From Pyrinomonadaceae bacterium (GTDB lineage: Bacteria; Acidobacteriota; Blastocatellia; Pyrinomonadales; Pyrinomonadaceae): a DNA stretch of 64,000 nt. The stretch spans positions 3,402-67,401 of the forward strand of contig DASQMC010000079.1 of NCBI GenBank assembly GCA_035645695.1. Direction: 5' to 3'. Under the pieces are notes generated by a model, which was not told the origin of the DNA, ran no database searches, and saw only the letters and a program-made list of their open reading frames with translations. Shown here one piece after another: positions 38,203 through 47,888 of the stretch (positions within the stretch are counted from its first letter, which is position 1; each line of letters begins with the position of its first letter). Position numbers and translations under genes: made by a program.

Positions 38203-41046
38203 TTACCCGCGACCCAAAACGTTCCGCCGCTCGCTCACGTTCTGCGGGTGTGCGGGCGCGAGATAACTCTCGGCCAGATGCTCCTCGCCGAGCAGCATCG
38301 GGCGCATGAGGCCGGGCGCGCGGCTGCCGAGGTCGAGCAGCGTGTCGTCGCCGAGCCGCACCTCGCCGAGACGAAACATCGCCCAGTAGAACTTGATGTC
38401 GAACGTTGTGTGCGCGGGTTTTTCGAGTTCGACGATGCGCCGCGCGAGTTCGCGCATGCCGCGGTGCGCGGCCGCGTCGAACGTGTCGGTTTGCCGCATC
38501 GGCAACAACACCGTGAATTTGTGCGCCGTCCCGCGCATCGCCAACACGAGCCCCTCGAATTGATACCAGTCGTTCAGCGGTTCGCCGCCCGGCGGCAGGC
38601 TCGACGGCAAACTTACGTCGGCAAAGGCGTCGGGCTGCGTCTTGTAGGCCGCGCCGAGCGCGTCGAGGTGCGGGTAGCGGCGCGCGAGAAAGTTCTCCCA
38701 GGCCGCCGCGTCGGCCGCGGTCGCCGAGGGAACGAATCCGAGCACGGAGCGCGAGAAGGCTTCCCAAGCCTTGCCCGCCGCGCCCCCCGGTCGCCTGACG
38801 GGATAAAGCTCGCCGCCCGCGAGACCCAACCTCTCGCGATAAGACGCGTGCAACGCCTCGCTGCCCTGCGATGGCTGCCAGCGCGTCTCCTGCTCGACCA
38901 GACGCGGGGCGAACGCTCCTGTCGGGTCGCCGAAGACCACGCCCGGCACGCGGCGCGTGCGATACCGCTCGACGACGCGAATGCCGTACGCGCCCGATGA
39001 GGCGGCTGATGCGGCCGCTTCGTCCGTGAAAGCTTCGTCCTCGACGCACTCGTCCGAGACGAGCCTGAGCGCGAGTTCGAGTCCGTGCATCGTGCCGCGA
39101 TACCGGAAGAAGAACATCGCGTGCCGGATGAACAGCCGCCGCTTCGCCTCGTTCCACACCGGATCGAGCGCGACGCCGTACCAACCGGCGAGCCATTCGA
39201 GCGCGTCGGCGGGCGCGCTCCGCACGTCGAACAATGCCTGCACCGCCGCGATCTTATCTTCGAGCGACGTGTACAAGCCTTCGAGATTGGCGAGGAAGCG
39301 TTCGAGAAACGAAGCCGATTGATCGTCTTCGCGATAGACGGACGGCAGGTAGCGCACGACGTAGGAGAAGCGCGGGTAGTAAGCGCGCAGGGCACGCAGT
39401 CTCGGCGTGGCGCGTTCGTTGCCCTCAAGCGTGATCTCCATTTGCATGTACCGGCCGCGCGCTCGTTGAAAGAGCAGTTCCCAGGTTCCCTTGCCTTCCG
39501 CCCTGCGTTTCGCCGCCCCAGCCTTGCTGTCGCCTCCGCCGCCGTCGCGCGCGCCCGTCGCGTGGTTCGCATAGGGCAACTCCGACCCGTCGCCGCGCAG
39601 GTAGAGACGCGGCTCTCGCGACCATTCGGCGAGCGCAAGGTCGTCCTCGTTATTCGCCGCGCGCGTGCGCACCTCGACGCGCGTGCCCGGCGGGATGCAC
39701 GCGTCAAACATCAGGCGATGCCACACGCAATCGGGCTCCGCGCCGTCGAAAGCGCGCGTGTAGAACGTTCCCGTCGCGGCGTAGCGCGGTCGTCGCTGTT
39801 CGACGAGCGGAATCCAACGCCCGTCGAAATCGTAGTAAGCCTGCGTGCCTGCACGCACCAGCCCCTTGCCGCCGAACAGACGCATCGGCAGGTAAGCCGC
39901 GACGGGTTCGAGTTTGAGTTGCACGCGCTTGCGCCACTTCAGGTTGAAGGCGTAACTCTGGTTGCCGTCCGAGGAGACGATGTAGAGGCGGTCGGGTTCG
40001 CCCGTCGCGGCGCGGCGCGGGACGAAGGCGAAGTCGTAACCGATGAGGCTGAAATCCGCCCGGCTGTCCGCTTCGATCAACTTCAACATCACCTTTGTCG
40101 AGCGCGACTGCCCCAGCCGCTTGCCCCCGCGATAGCGATGCACGCGCGCAAACTTCCGCCCGGCGCGATAGTCGAGAACGAGCACCGAGCCGTCCGGCAA
40201 CGCTTCGATGGCGATGGGCTTCGTGATGTAAATCCGTGCGGAAGTTTTGAGGGTAAGGCGTTGCGGCAAATCGCAGGCGCGAGCGTCGCCCTTCTGCTCC
40301 GGGTCGCGCGGCTCGAAGTCCTCGGCCTCCGGCGTCGCGGGCGCGTAGGCGGCGGGCGGGATGACGTTGAACTGGCGGTCGAGTTCCCAGTAGCGTTTAT
40401 TCGCGCCGTCGAGTATGAGGACGCCGCCGCCCGAGCGCGCCGCCATGTCGAGCGGCTCGAACGGCACGCCGCGCGGCCACCACAACTGCTGCGGCGCGCC
40501 GCCCGCGTGGAGATCGAAGACCAAAATTCCGGCCGGTTCCAACACCCCGGCGACCAGATAATGATCTTCCGTGACGGCGAGCGAGCGCAAAGCGAGTGGC
40601 GGGCAGTTCGTCGCGGCGACGGGTTTGAAATCGACCGGCGGCGCATCGGGCGCGCAAGCGGCGCTGCCTTCGACCGGCCAGAAGATTGTGGTTCGCTTCG
40701 TGCCCGCCGAGTTGACGAGAATCTTTCCGGCCGTCTCGTCGATCCAGTACCAGTTGCCATAGCGGTCGCGCCCGCCTCCGCGCCGGTTCTCGAAGGCGGG
40801 CGGCTTGTCGTCGGGCGCGGCTTCAAACTTGAAGAGGCGCGGCGGAAGCGTCAACTCGTGTTGCTCGGAGTTCCAGGCGGCGGGCGCGGATCGGGGCGCG
40901 ATCTTCGTCTCGTTCTGATCGGGCGGCGCGGCATGCCAACGCTCGCGCAGAAGAGTCGCCCCCGGCGCATCGGTGCATTCGCCCCAATCGTCAAAGCCGA
41001 GCAACAGGTGATAGCGCGTTCCGTTGGCGTCCACGTCTCTTAACAC
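38203..41046 (-). CDS. Baseplate protein, P2 gpI-like phage tail protein with large N-terminal extension (Afp12-like)
   Basis: The conserved block is RYLPSVYREDDQSASFLERFLANLEGLYTSLEDKIAAVQALFDVRSAPADALEWLAGWYGVALDPVWNEAKRRLFIRHAMFFFRYRGTMHGLELALRL, the tail-protein-I signature. A GTG start overlaps the baseplate J stop. Confidence 0.85.
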   Translation of the reverse strand: MLRDVDANGTRYHLLLGFDDWGECTDAPGATLLRERWHAAPPDQNETKIAPRSAPAAWNSEQHELTLPPRLFKFEAAPDDKPPAFENRRGGGRDRYGNWYWIDETAGKILVNSAGTKRTTIFWPVEGSAACAPDAPPVDFKPVAATNCPPLALRSLAVTEDHYLVAGVLEPAGILVFDLHAGGAPQQLWWPRGVPFEPLDMAARSGGGVLILDGANKRYWELDRQFNVIPPAAYAPATPEAEDFEPRDPEQKGDARACDLPQRLTLKTSARIYITKPIAIEALPDGSVLVLDYRAGRKFARVHRYRGGKRLGQSRSTKVMLKLIEADSRADFSLIGYDFAFVPRRAATGEPDRLYIVSSDGNQSYAFNLKWRKRVQLKLEPVAAYLPMRLFGGKGLVRAGTQAYYDFDGRWIPLVEQRRPRYAATGTFYTRAFDGAEPDCVWHRLMFDACIPPGTRVEVRTRAANNEDDLALAEWSREPRLYLRGDGSELPYANHATGARDGGGGDSKAGAAKRRAEGKGTWELLFQRARGRYMQMEITLEGNERATPRLRALRAYYPRFSYVVRYLPSVYREDDQSASFLERFLANLEGLYTSLEDKIAAVQALFDVRSAPADALEWLAGWYGVALDPVWNEAKRRLFIRHAMFFFRYRGTMHGLELALRLVSDECVEDEAFTDEAAASAASSGAYGIRVVERYRTRRVPGVVFGDPTGAFAPRLVEQETRWQPSQGSEALHASYRERLGLAGGELYPVRRPGGAAGKAWEAFSRSVLGFVPSATAADAAAWENFLARRYPHLDALGAAYKTQPDAFADVSLPSSLPPGGEPLNDWYQFEGLVLAMRGTAHKFTVLLPMRQTDTFDAAAHRGMRELARRIVELEKPAHTTFDIKFYWAMFRLGEVRLGDDTLLDLGSRAPGLMRPMLLGEEHLAESYLAPAHPQNVSERRNVLGRG

Positions 41047-43406
41047 TCCTCCGGTATCAAAGGCACGGGCACGATGCGTTTCCCCTTGCCCGTGGTGGTG
41101 CCGCCGCCCGTGCCGTCGCTGCCGCCGGTCGTCTCGCCGCGCAGAGAGTCGAGCGAGAGCGGGTCGCCGATCTGGACGGAAATCCCCGCGACGCGCGGCA
41201 GTTGCAGCCCCGAGAGGATGATCTCGCCCGTCCCCGCTTCGCTCCCCTTCGCGATCAAAACATCTTTCACGGAGAGCACGCCCTCCTGTCGGCTTGCGAC
41301 GGCGAGCAGTTCGCGATCCGTGATGCTCTTGCGTAGCGGCCAGCCGTTCTGCGCGGCGGCGTATTGCGGCGTGGTCAGGAGAGCCGCCTGAGTTTCAAGC
41401 ACAGGCACGCCCGAGGGTGGCAGGGGCGAGAGAAACTGTAAGAGCGCGAGTTTGACCGCCTCGCGCACCTGCGCGACCGATGTGCCCGCCACGACGCTTA
41501 ATCCGACCGACACCCAGACGGGAACGTATTCCGGGCCACGCAGGAACACTTCCGTCGTGATCAGGCGGCGCGGGTCGAGGTATTTGCAGATGGCTTCGAG
41601 GAAAAGTTTGTCGGGCAGCGGCGCGTCCGGCTGTTTGGCGTCGTAGCGCGGGATAACCATGAGCGTGACCGCGCCGGGAGCGTCGCCCGGCTCGCTCCTC
41701 GTGAGCGCGGGATTGTAGGCGGGCAACACGTCCACGCGCCCGATCTGTATGCCGGGCGTGCGCAGGGCGATTGTCGAGAAGTCGGCGGCGTTGACGAGGC
41801 GGTCGCGGTGCTGCAAGTATCGCGCGATCTGCTTTTCGCCCTCGGCGACCGATTCCGCATCCGCGCCATTCCAGGTGCGCACGGGGTTCGAGACTTTGAA
41901 ACCGGCGGGCAGCGCCGGACTCGTGTTGATCGAACCAGTGCCGACGTTGCCCGCCATGCCGACGCCGTAATCGTAACTCGCGCGTATCGTCGCGCCCGCC
42001 GGAGGCCGCCGCCCGCGCGTGCCGTCGCCGAAGCGTATCTCGCCCGACTCGTGGTTGACCGTGAAAACTTCCGTGAGCGTCGCGCCCCCGGCGGGCACGC
42101 CCGGCGGCAGGCGCGCGTCCAGCACGGGCACTTCAGACCCTGCGGCGTAGAGGTCGTCGATCTCCTGCCACAAGCGCGTCTGCCCGTCCTTCGGCGTGAC
42201 GGTTAAACGCGTGGAGCGCGCGACGACGGGCTTTTGCGACAGGAAGGCAATTTGATCGGGCGCGCCGGTGCCGGGCGGCAGCAGTTCGTTCGAGACGCGC
42301 GCGCGCTGCGAGACGAAGGCCGTGTTGATGCCGACCCACAGCAGGCGCGCCCCGGCAGCCGTCGCAGACGGGCGGATGCGCAGCCACGTCACGACGCGCT
42401 CGTTCAGATTCGTGTCTTCGAGCGCGGGCGGAAAATCGCCGACGCCCGGTTCGAGCGGATCGAGGTTCGTCCAGAGTTTGAGTTCGTCCTTGTTGCCGGG
42501 CAACGTGATCTCGACGACGCCGGGTTTCGTCAGCACGTCCGTCGGCGCGCGTGCGTCGAGCGGTTTATATTTCGCCACGCGCAACTCAGGGTCGTCGGGC
42601 AAGGTCGTGCCTCCCGAGACGTTCGGGATTTCATAACTCAGTTGCGTCTGCGAGGCTGCGCTCGCGGCTTGGCCGAGCGGCATCAGGGCGCGCGTCGCGG
42701 CGGCGAGCGCGGGCACGATGCCGAGGCTGATCGTGCGACCGGCGATGGCCTCGCGGATGCTGTCACGCAAATCTTCGAGCGCGGTTTCGGTCGTGCCGGA
42801 AGGCTTGTCGCCCGCGCGCGTCAGGAGCGCGATCCAGAGCGCGCCGTCGCTCGTCTCCGCGCCGATGTCGATACCGTCGGCGAGTTTCGCGTCGAGCGGA
42901 ACGGTCTCGTAGAGTTCGATTGTCGCGTCGTCAACCTCCGCGTCGTTGTAGGAGGCGTAGAGCAGTTTGTAATAATCCGTAAGGGTATGATCGGTCGTTG
43001 TGAGTTTGCGTTTGAAGAAGACCTGCGCTTCGACGGGCAACACGTCGAGTCCCTGCACGGTGCGAAACGGAACCTGACCGGCGCGCACTTCGAGGCCGTC
43101 ATTGAGCGTGACGGTCTGCGCCGCGCCGCGCTCGTTCGTGAACTGGACGAGGCCGACCGCCGCCGAAGCCGTTTGCAGGGGCACGCCGAGCAGCGAGAGA
43201 AACTTGCGGCGGTTGCGTTCGGGAATCTGGTTGCTGCGATAGAGCAGATTCTCCGTCAGGAAAGCGAAGATTTCGATGAGCGTCACGCCGGGGTCGCTTT
43301 TGTTGAAATTCGTCCACTCAGGATTATGGACGGGCACGCGCGCCAGCGCCTCGTCGAGCAACTCCTGATAGCGGCGATCATCCAGATTCGGAATCTGCAA
43401 CGGCAT
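41040..43406 (-). CDS. Baseplate J-like protein (Afp11 / gp6-like)
   Basis: The N-terminus MPLQIPNLDDRRYQELLDEALARVPVHNPEWTNFNKSDPGVTLIEIFAFLTENLLYR is the classic putative-baseplate-assembly-protein start. Confidence 0.9.
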   Translation of the reverse strand: MPLQIPNLDDRRYQELLDEALARVPVHNPEWTNFNKSDPGVTLIEIFAFLTENLLYRSNQIPERNRRKFLSLLGVPLQTASAAVGLVQFTNERGAAQTVTLNDGLEVRAGQVPFRTVQGLDVLPVEAQVFFKRKLTTTDHTLTDYYKLLYASYNDAEVDDATIELYETVPLDAKLADGIDIGAETSDGALWIALLTRAGDKPSGTTETALEDLRDSIREAIAGRTISLGIVPALAAATRALMPLGQAASAASQTQLSYEIPNVSGGTTLPDDPELRVAKYKPLDARAPTDVLTKPGVVEITLPGNKDELKLWTNLDPLEPGVGDFPPALEDTNLNERVVTWLRIRPSATAAGARLLWVGINTAFVSQRARVSNELLPPGTGAPDQIAFLSQKPVVARSTRLTVTPKDGQTRLWQEIDDLYAAGSEVPVLDARLPPGVPAGGATLTEVFTVNHESGEIRFGDGTRGRRPPAGATIRASYDYGVGMAGNVGTGSINTSPALPAGFKVSNPVRTWNGADAESVAEGEKQIARYLQHRDRLVNAADFSTIALRTPGIQIGRVDVLPAYNPALTRSEPGDAPGAVTLMVIPRYDAKQPDAPLPDKLFLEAICKYLDPRRLITTEVFLRGPEYVPVWVSVGLSVVAGTSVAQVREAVKLALLQFLSPLPPSGVPVLETQAALLTTPQYAAAQNGWPLRKSITDRELLAVASRQEGVLSVKDVLIAKGSEAGTGEIILSGLQLPRVAGISVQIGDPLSLDSLRGETTGGSDGTGGGTTTGKGKRIVPVPLIPEEC

Positions 43407-43475
43407 GGAAACTGACTCCTTAACTTTTACTACCTGTGCAATACAAAAATGTAGGTTGCATTCAAATCGCTCCGG

Positions 43476-43871
43476 CTAACCTGCGAGCACCACGTTCAAA
43501 CTCACGCTCTGCGAGGCGCGTGTTGCAACGAGTTTGTAATTGATCGTGGCGACCACGGCCTGCGCGTCTCCCTCGTCCGGCTCGACCGTTACCGATTCGA
43601 CCGCGATGCGCGGCTCCCAACGCGCCAGTTCCTTCGTGATGCGATCCTTGATCAACTGTCTCGTCGTCACCGTGTTCGGCTCGAAAAGGTAAAGATTGAG
43701 GCTGCCGCCGAAGTTCGCGAGACGCAGGCGCTCGCGCTGCTCGGTCAGGAGAATCACGCGTATGCTCTCGCGCACGTTCGTCTCGCCCTCCGACCATGAG
43801 ACGCGTCCATCCGCCCCGACGCGCGGCGGGAAACTAATGCCCTTGCCGAATATGCGGCCGCCGTTATTCAT
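43476..43871 (-). CDS. GPW/gp25 baseplate wedge protein (Afp9-like)
   Basis: The 131-aa protein has GKGISFPPRVGADGRVSWSEGETNVRESIRVILLTEQRERLRLANFGGSL and ITKELARWEPRI, which are typical of the gp25 family. Confidence 0.9.
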   Translation of the reverse strand: MNNGGRIFGKGISFPPRVGADGRVSWSEGETNVRESIRVILLTEQRERLRLANFGGSLNLYLFEPNTVTTRQLIKDRITKELARWEPRIAVESVTVEPDEGDAQAVVATINYKLVATRASQSVSLNVVLAG

Positions 43872-43880
43872 CGTTCGCCC

Positions 43881-46061
43881 TCACCCCTTCGCCTTCTTCG
43901 CGCTGAAGCCCGGCAGCGGGAAACAGATCAGGAAATACGGAAGCCAGCGGAAAATGATGTCGAGCAGGTTCACGATGATCATCAGCAGGAGCAGCGCGCA
44001 GATCGTGATGATCGGGATCGAGAGCGAGCAGATCATGCCGAACTCCAAAGTCCCGCCCGGCTCTTTGCAGGGGCCTTTGTCGGGCGCGGATAAATCCTTG
44101 TGCAGCGGCCACGGCAGCACGGAGCGCACGAGGTCGCCGAGATTCATGCCCTTGGCGCGGTCGATCTGCCCGCACAGCATGTCGGAGATCATGAAGGCAG
44201 TGTTTTTGTCGAACTTCCGCAAGCCCGCCGGCGACGTGTCGAGAGGCATCGCGATGCGAATTGGGCGCGCGGGCGCGTCGGGGTCGAAGAAACTCGCCAA
44301 CTGGAAGGCGCGCGTCGGCGCGCTGACCACTGGCGGATCGACCGGGCCGCATTCGGGTCGCTCGTAGACGCAGCGCACGACGAACCAGCCCTCTCGCGTG
44401 TCCAGAACTTTCTGCGCCGCGAGCGGGAGAGGCGCGGCGTATGAACTCTCTCCCTCCGGGAGCGCGGCGGCGACGAGGCTCGCGAGGTGCGACACGCGAC
44501 CGGCGGCTTTCAGGAAACGATCCGTGTCGTCCGTTGCGCCCGGAGCTTTAGGCGCGAGCGGCCCTTCGAATTCCGTGTCAGCGAGCGGGAAGAGGAAGGT
44601 CGGCCACTTCGCATCGGGGTTGTCGCGCAGGTAAGCGGTCGAGACGGATTCGAGATCGTCTTCCAGCTTCGCGGCCTTCGCTGCGTCGAGCGGCGTGCCG
44701 CCGCGAATGGCCTTGAGCGCGTCGGCCAGAGTTTTGGAGACATCCTTCGCCTGATAGCCGACGCCTTTCACCAGCGACTTCAATTCGTCCGCGGCGGCAG
44801 GCGTCTCGTTCGTCAGTTTCGTGTAAGTCGCTTGATCGAAGGCGGTGGCCGCGAGCGCGCCGACGAGCGCGGCTTCCGGCGCGGAGAGTGCGGGCGTCGC
44901 CGCGCCCGTGACGGTCTTCCACACGCCGGGCAGGTATTGTTCGAGGTATTTGGCGAAGTCGAGAAGGATGTACCACGAGACTGTTTGAATCTGCTCGCGC
45001 AGAGACTTCAAAGTCCCCTTCTTCGCCGTCGGGTCGAAGGCTTCATCGTCGGTCTTAGGCAACGGCGGCGGATTGAACATTTTGTAAGTCGCGCCCGCGC
45101 GCTCGATGAGGCGCGTCCACGGTTCTGTCACGTCCAACCAGAGCGGCATCATGCGCGGGTCAACCGGCCGGTCATTGTCTGTCGCGGAGGCGTCTCCCGT
45201 CGCGGCGTTCGCCCCGGCCGTCGCGCCCGAAAGCGCGCCCGCGCCCATGTAGTTCTCGCGTTTGCCGACGGGGATGAAGCCCGTCAGGACGCGCCGCCTG
45301 TGGCCGTCGTCCTGCGTGTAGTTGACGGGAAACAGCGGCAATTGTTCCTCGCCCGCGACGAGCACGTCGGCGCGCGCCGCCGGTGCGATGCCGCCTCCTG
45401 ATGCCGTCGATACTTTCCGCCAACCGGTGCCCGCCGCCGTCGTCGCAAGCGCGTATTCTTCCCAACTTCCCTCGTCGAAGTCGGGCAACTTCTGCGAGCG
45501 ATCAATTTGCCCGTTCGCATCGAGAAAGTTCGGCGGCAGCAGCCGCCTGACGACGAACGACGCACGCTCGTCGCGCGCGGGATTCACGGCGCGATCCGGC
45601 AACCCCGCGCGACCGCACACGAGACAGGCCGTGATTAGGTAGAAGCGTTGATGCGCCGGTTGATAGAGCTTGAGGGGCGCCGAGGCTGAGGCGTCGGAGA
45701 TTGCGACGCTCGCGCTGCCGTTCAACGTCGTGAGCGCGCCGCCCGACGTGGCGAGCGTCTTCGCGTTCTTTTTCTCCGATGCAAGGCGCAGGCGATTCAA
45801 GGGACGCAGGAACGCGGGCTGCCTGACGACGGGCGCGACGGGCGGCGAAGGACCGCGCCACGTCTCCGGCTGCGCGACGAGTTGAGAGAGCCGCGCCGGG
45901 TCGTTCTCCAACAGCGCGAGGTAATCGTCCATGAACTTGTCGGAGGCAAAGCGCAGGATGGCCGGGCGGCGCAAGGTGCGGCGGCGCACGGCGATTTCCG
46001 CCGCGCCTGCCGCTTCAGGCCACAGGGGCGCGGGCGCTGTCCATTGCACTACGTCTCGCAT
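43881..46061 (-). CDS. Unassigned 726-aa CIS protein with C-terminal hydrophobic membrane anchor, in the slot normally held by PAAR
   Basis: It has an ATG start with a GAGGA SD, 7 nt after the spike gene stop. The C-terminus is FGMICSLSIPIITICALLLLMIIVNLLDIIFRWLPYFLICFPLPGFSAKKAKG. The internal motif is LKLYQPAHQRFYLITACLVCGRAGLPD. No family name is known to me. Confidence 0.7.
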   Translation of the reverse strand: MRDVVQWTAPAPLWPEAAGAAEIAVRRRTLRRPAILRFASDKFMDDYLALLENDPARLSQLVAQPETWRGPSPPVAPVVRQPAFLRPLNRLRLASEKKNAKTLATSGGALTTLNGSASVAISDASASAPLKLYQPAHQRFYLITACLVCGRAGLPDRAVNPARDERASFVVRRLLPPNFLDANGQIDRSQKLPDFDEGSWEEYALATTAAGTGWRKVSTASGGGIAPAARADVLVAGEEQLPLFPVNYTQDDGHRRRVLTGFIPVGKRENYMGAGALSGATAGANAATGDASATDNDRPVDPRMMPLWLDVTEPWTRLIERAGATYKMFNPPPLPKTDDEAFDPTAKKGTLKSLREQIQTVSWYILLDFAKYLEQYLPGVWKTVTGAATPALSAPEAALVGALAATAFDQATYTKLTNETPAAADELKSLVKGVGYQAKDVSKTLADALKAIRGGTPLDAAKAAKLEDDLESVSTAYLRDNPDAKWPTFLFPLADTEFEGPLAPKAPGATDDTDRFLKAAGRVSHLASLVAAALPEGESSYAAPLPLAAQKVLDTREGWFVVRCVYERPECGPVDPPVVSAPTRAFQLASFFDPDAPARPIRIAMPLDTSPAGLRKFDKNTAFMISDMLCGQIDRAKGMNLGDLVRSVLPWPLHKDLSAPDKGPCKEPGGTLEFGMICSLSIPIITICALLLLMIIVNLLDIIFRWLPYFLICFPLPGFSAKKAKG

Positions 46062-46068
46062 CGATTCC

Positions 46069-46785
46069 TCACCAGATGTTTCCCGCGCCGGGCGTGTACG
46101 ACGCGCTGATCACCGCATTGCTGATCAGGGTGTCGCACTGCACGACGCCGCTGAATTTCGACATCCCCGAATCGACCGTTACCATCGAGGCCGACACCTG
46201 CACGAGCGACGCGTTGATCGTCACCTTCGCCGAGGCGTTGACGGTGATGCCGCTCGGCTCCAGCTTGATCGAGTTGCCGTTGCTGTCCACGATCTCGACG
46301 GTGCCGGGGCCGTCCTTGAGCGTCACCTTCTGCCCGCCGGGCGTTTCCAGAATCATCTGCTCCTGCCCGTCCGTATCGTCGAGCGTCACCTTGACGCCGT
46401 TGCGCGAGCGCAGGACTTTGCGATAGTTGTTGCCCGCAGCGTCCATCGAATCGGGCGGCGCGTCGCTGCCGTTCCACAATCCGCCGATGACGTAAGGGCG
46501 GCGCGGGTCGCCTCCCTCGAACGTGACGAGCACCTCGTCGTTCACGTCCGGCACGAACCAACTGCCGCGATTGTTCCCGCCCATCAAAGTAGCCAGCCGC
46601 GCCCAAGCCTCGTAGCGCCCGCTACCCGTGTCGGCCGACCACGGCAGCGTGATCTTCACGCGCCCCTGGCCGTCCGGGTCTTTTATGTCGCTGACGAGCG
46701 CGGGGAACACGCCGTACCAGCGACCGCCCAGCCCGGCCGGTTGCCGCACGTCCAGGATCATCTCCAGTTGATTCTTCTCACCCAC
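46069..46785 (-). CDS. Spike protein, gpV/gp5 OB-fold plus beta-helix (C-terminal half of a VgrG/Afp8 equivalent)
   Basis: The OB-fold segment is YGVFPALVSDIKDPDGQGRVKITLPWS...WARLATLMGGNNRGSWFVPDVNDEVLVTFEGGDPRRPYVIGGLWN. It is followed by a repetitive beta-helix (VTLDDTDG.., VTLKDGPGTVEI.., IKLEPSGITVNA..). The GTG start at 46785 is uncertain; an alternative ATG is at 46761. Confidence 0.85.
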   Translation of the reverse strand: MGEKNQLEMILDVRQPAGLGGRWYGVFPALVSDIKDPDGQGRVKITLPWSADTGSGRYEAWARLATLMGGNNRGSWFVPDVNDEVLVTFEGGDPRRPYVIGGLWNGSDAPPDSMDAAGNNYRKVLRSRNGVKVTLDDTDGQEQMILETPGGQKVTLKDGPGTVEIVDSNGNSIKLEPSGITVNASAKVTINASLVQVSASMVTVDSGMSKFSGVVQCDTLISNAVISASYTPGAGNIW

Positions 46786-46811
46786 GTTTCCACCTATCCC
46801 GGCGAGGCCGT

Positions 46812-47882
46812 CTAAACCCTGCCGATGCCCGGTCGTTCGGCGCGAAATTCCGTGCGGATGCCATTGGCTCTGTCGAAGAGGTGTTTGACCTCCGTGACGT
46901 AGTACTTGCCCGAAAACAGCGGGCCGAGTTCTTTCAAATCGACGAACACGCCCGCGCGCAGATCGGGCTTCGTCTCCGCCGTGCCGTAGCCGACGATGAA
47001 GCGGCGCGCGCTGAGGCGGAAGAAGGTTTCCGCTTCATACTGAGCCTCCTGGCTGTTGAGCGGGATGGTGTGCGCGAGGGCTTCCCTGCGCGCGCCGAGC
47101 GCGGATTGCAAAATGCTCACGCCGCTCGTGTCGCCGTTCAGTTCGCTCGTGATGACGGACTCGGTGGCCTCGTAAGTCAGCGCGCTCTTGCCCGGCACGT
47201 CCCAGCCGTTAACCGTGACGCTCGTGCGCTGCATGGCGAGATCGGCCAGCGCCTTGAAGTCGCGCAGTTGCGCGCCGCGCTTCAATTCGAGAGTTGCGCC
47301 GCCGCGATTCCCGTGCGTCCTGGCGTTCAGGGTGCTTCCCTCCATCCAGAGTTCCGCGTCAATCGCGCGCGCACGCTCGCGCGCGAAGGCGAGGTCGCTC
47401 TGGTTGACCTGCGCGAGCACCCTGTAGGTCGGCCCAGCGACGCTCACGCTCGGACTCAAACCGTGATCGCTGGCGATCTGTTTGAACACGTCCGCGTCGG
47501 TCGCATCGGCGAAAGTGCGCGTGCGGCGCGTCATGCGTAAATCCTGAAAGCGATCTTCGGCGAGGACGGCGATGTCCGGCGCTTGCCCTTCGGGGAAGCC
47601 CGCTTCGAGTCCCATGATGCGCCCGTCGAAAATGTTCCGGTCGCCGATCTTCACTTGAAACGCCTTGCCGAAGTCGAGCGTGCGGCGGTCGAAGTAGAGG
47701 TAATCCGTCGTGTTGTTGACGTTGCCCCAATTACTGAAACGCGCCTCGCAACGATAGAGGCCGCTCGTGTTCTCGACGATGCTCAAACGGTTGAGGCCGC
47801 CCGCGAGGGCGGGTTGTTCCGTCCCGCCAACGTGGATGGCGGGGGTCGAAGAAACTAATCCTGTGGTTATATCGTCGGCCAT
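46812..47882 (-). CDS. Phage late control gene D-like protein (N-terminal half of a VgrG/Afp8 equivalent)
   Basis: The 356-aa protein contains RLSIVENTSGLYRCEARF...FDGRIMGLEAGFPEGQAPDIAVLAEDRFQDLRMTRRTRTF...VFKQIASDHGL...VNQSDLAFARERA, which is gpD-like. Confidence 0.8.
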   Translation of the reverse strand: MADDITTGLVSSTPAIHVGGTEQPALAGGLNRLSIVENTSGLYRCEARFSNWGNVNNTTDYLYFDRRTLDFGKAFQVKIGDRNIFDGRIMGLEAGFPEGQAPDIAVLAEDRFQDLRMTRRTRTFADATDADVFKQIASDHGLSPSVSVAGPTYRVLAQVNQSDLAFARERARAIDAELWMEGSTLNARTHGNRGGATLELKRGAQLRDFKALADLAMQRTSVTVNGWDVPGKSALTYEATESVITSELNGDTSGVSILQSALGARREALAHTIPLNSQEAQYEAETFFRLSARRFIVGYGTAETKPDLRAGVFVDLKELGPLFSGKYYVTEVKHLFDRANGIRTEFRAERPGIGRV

Positions 47883-47888
47883 AAAATT

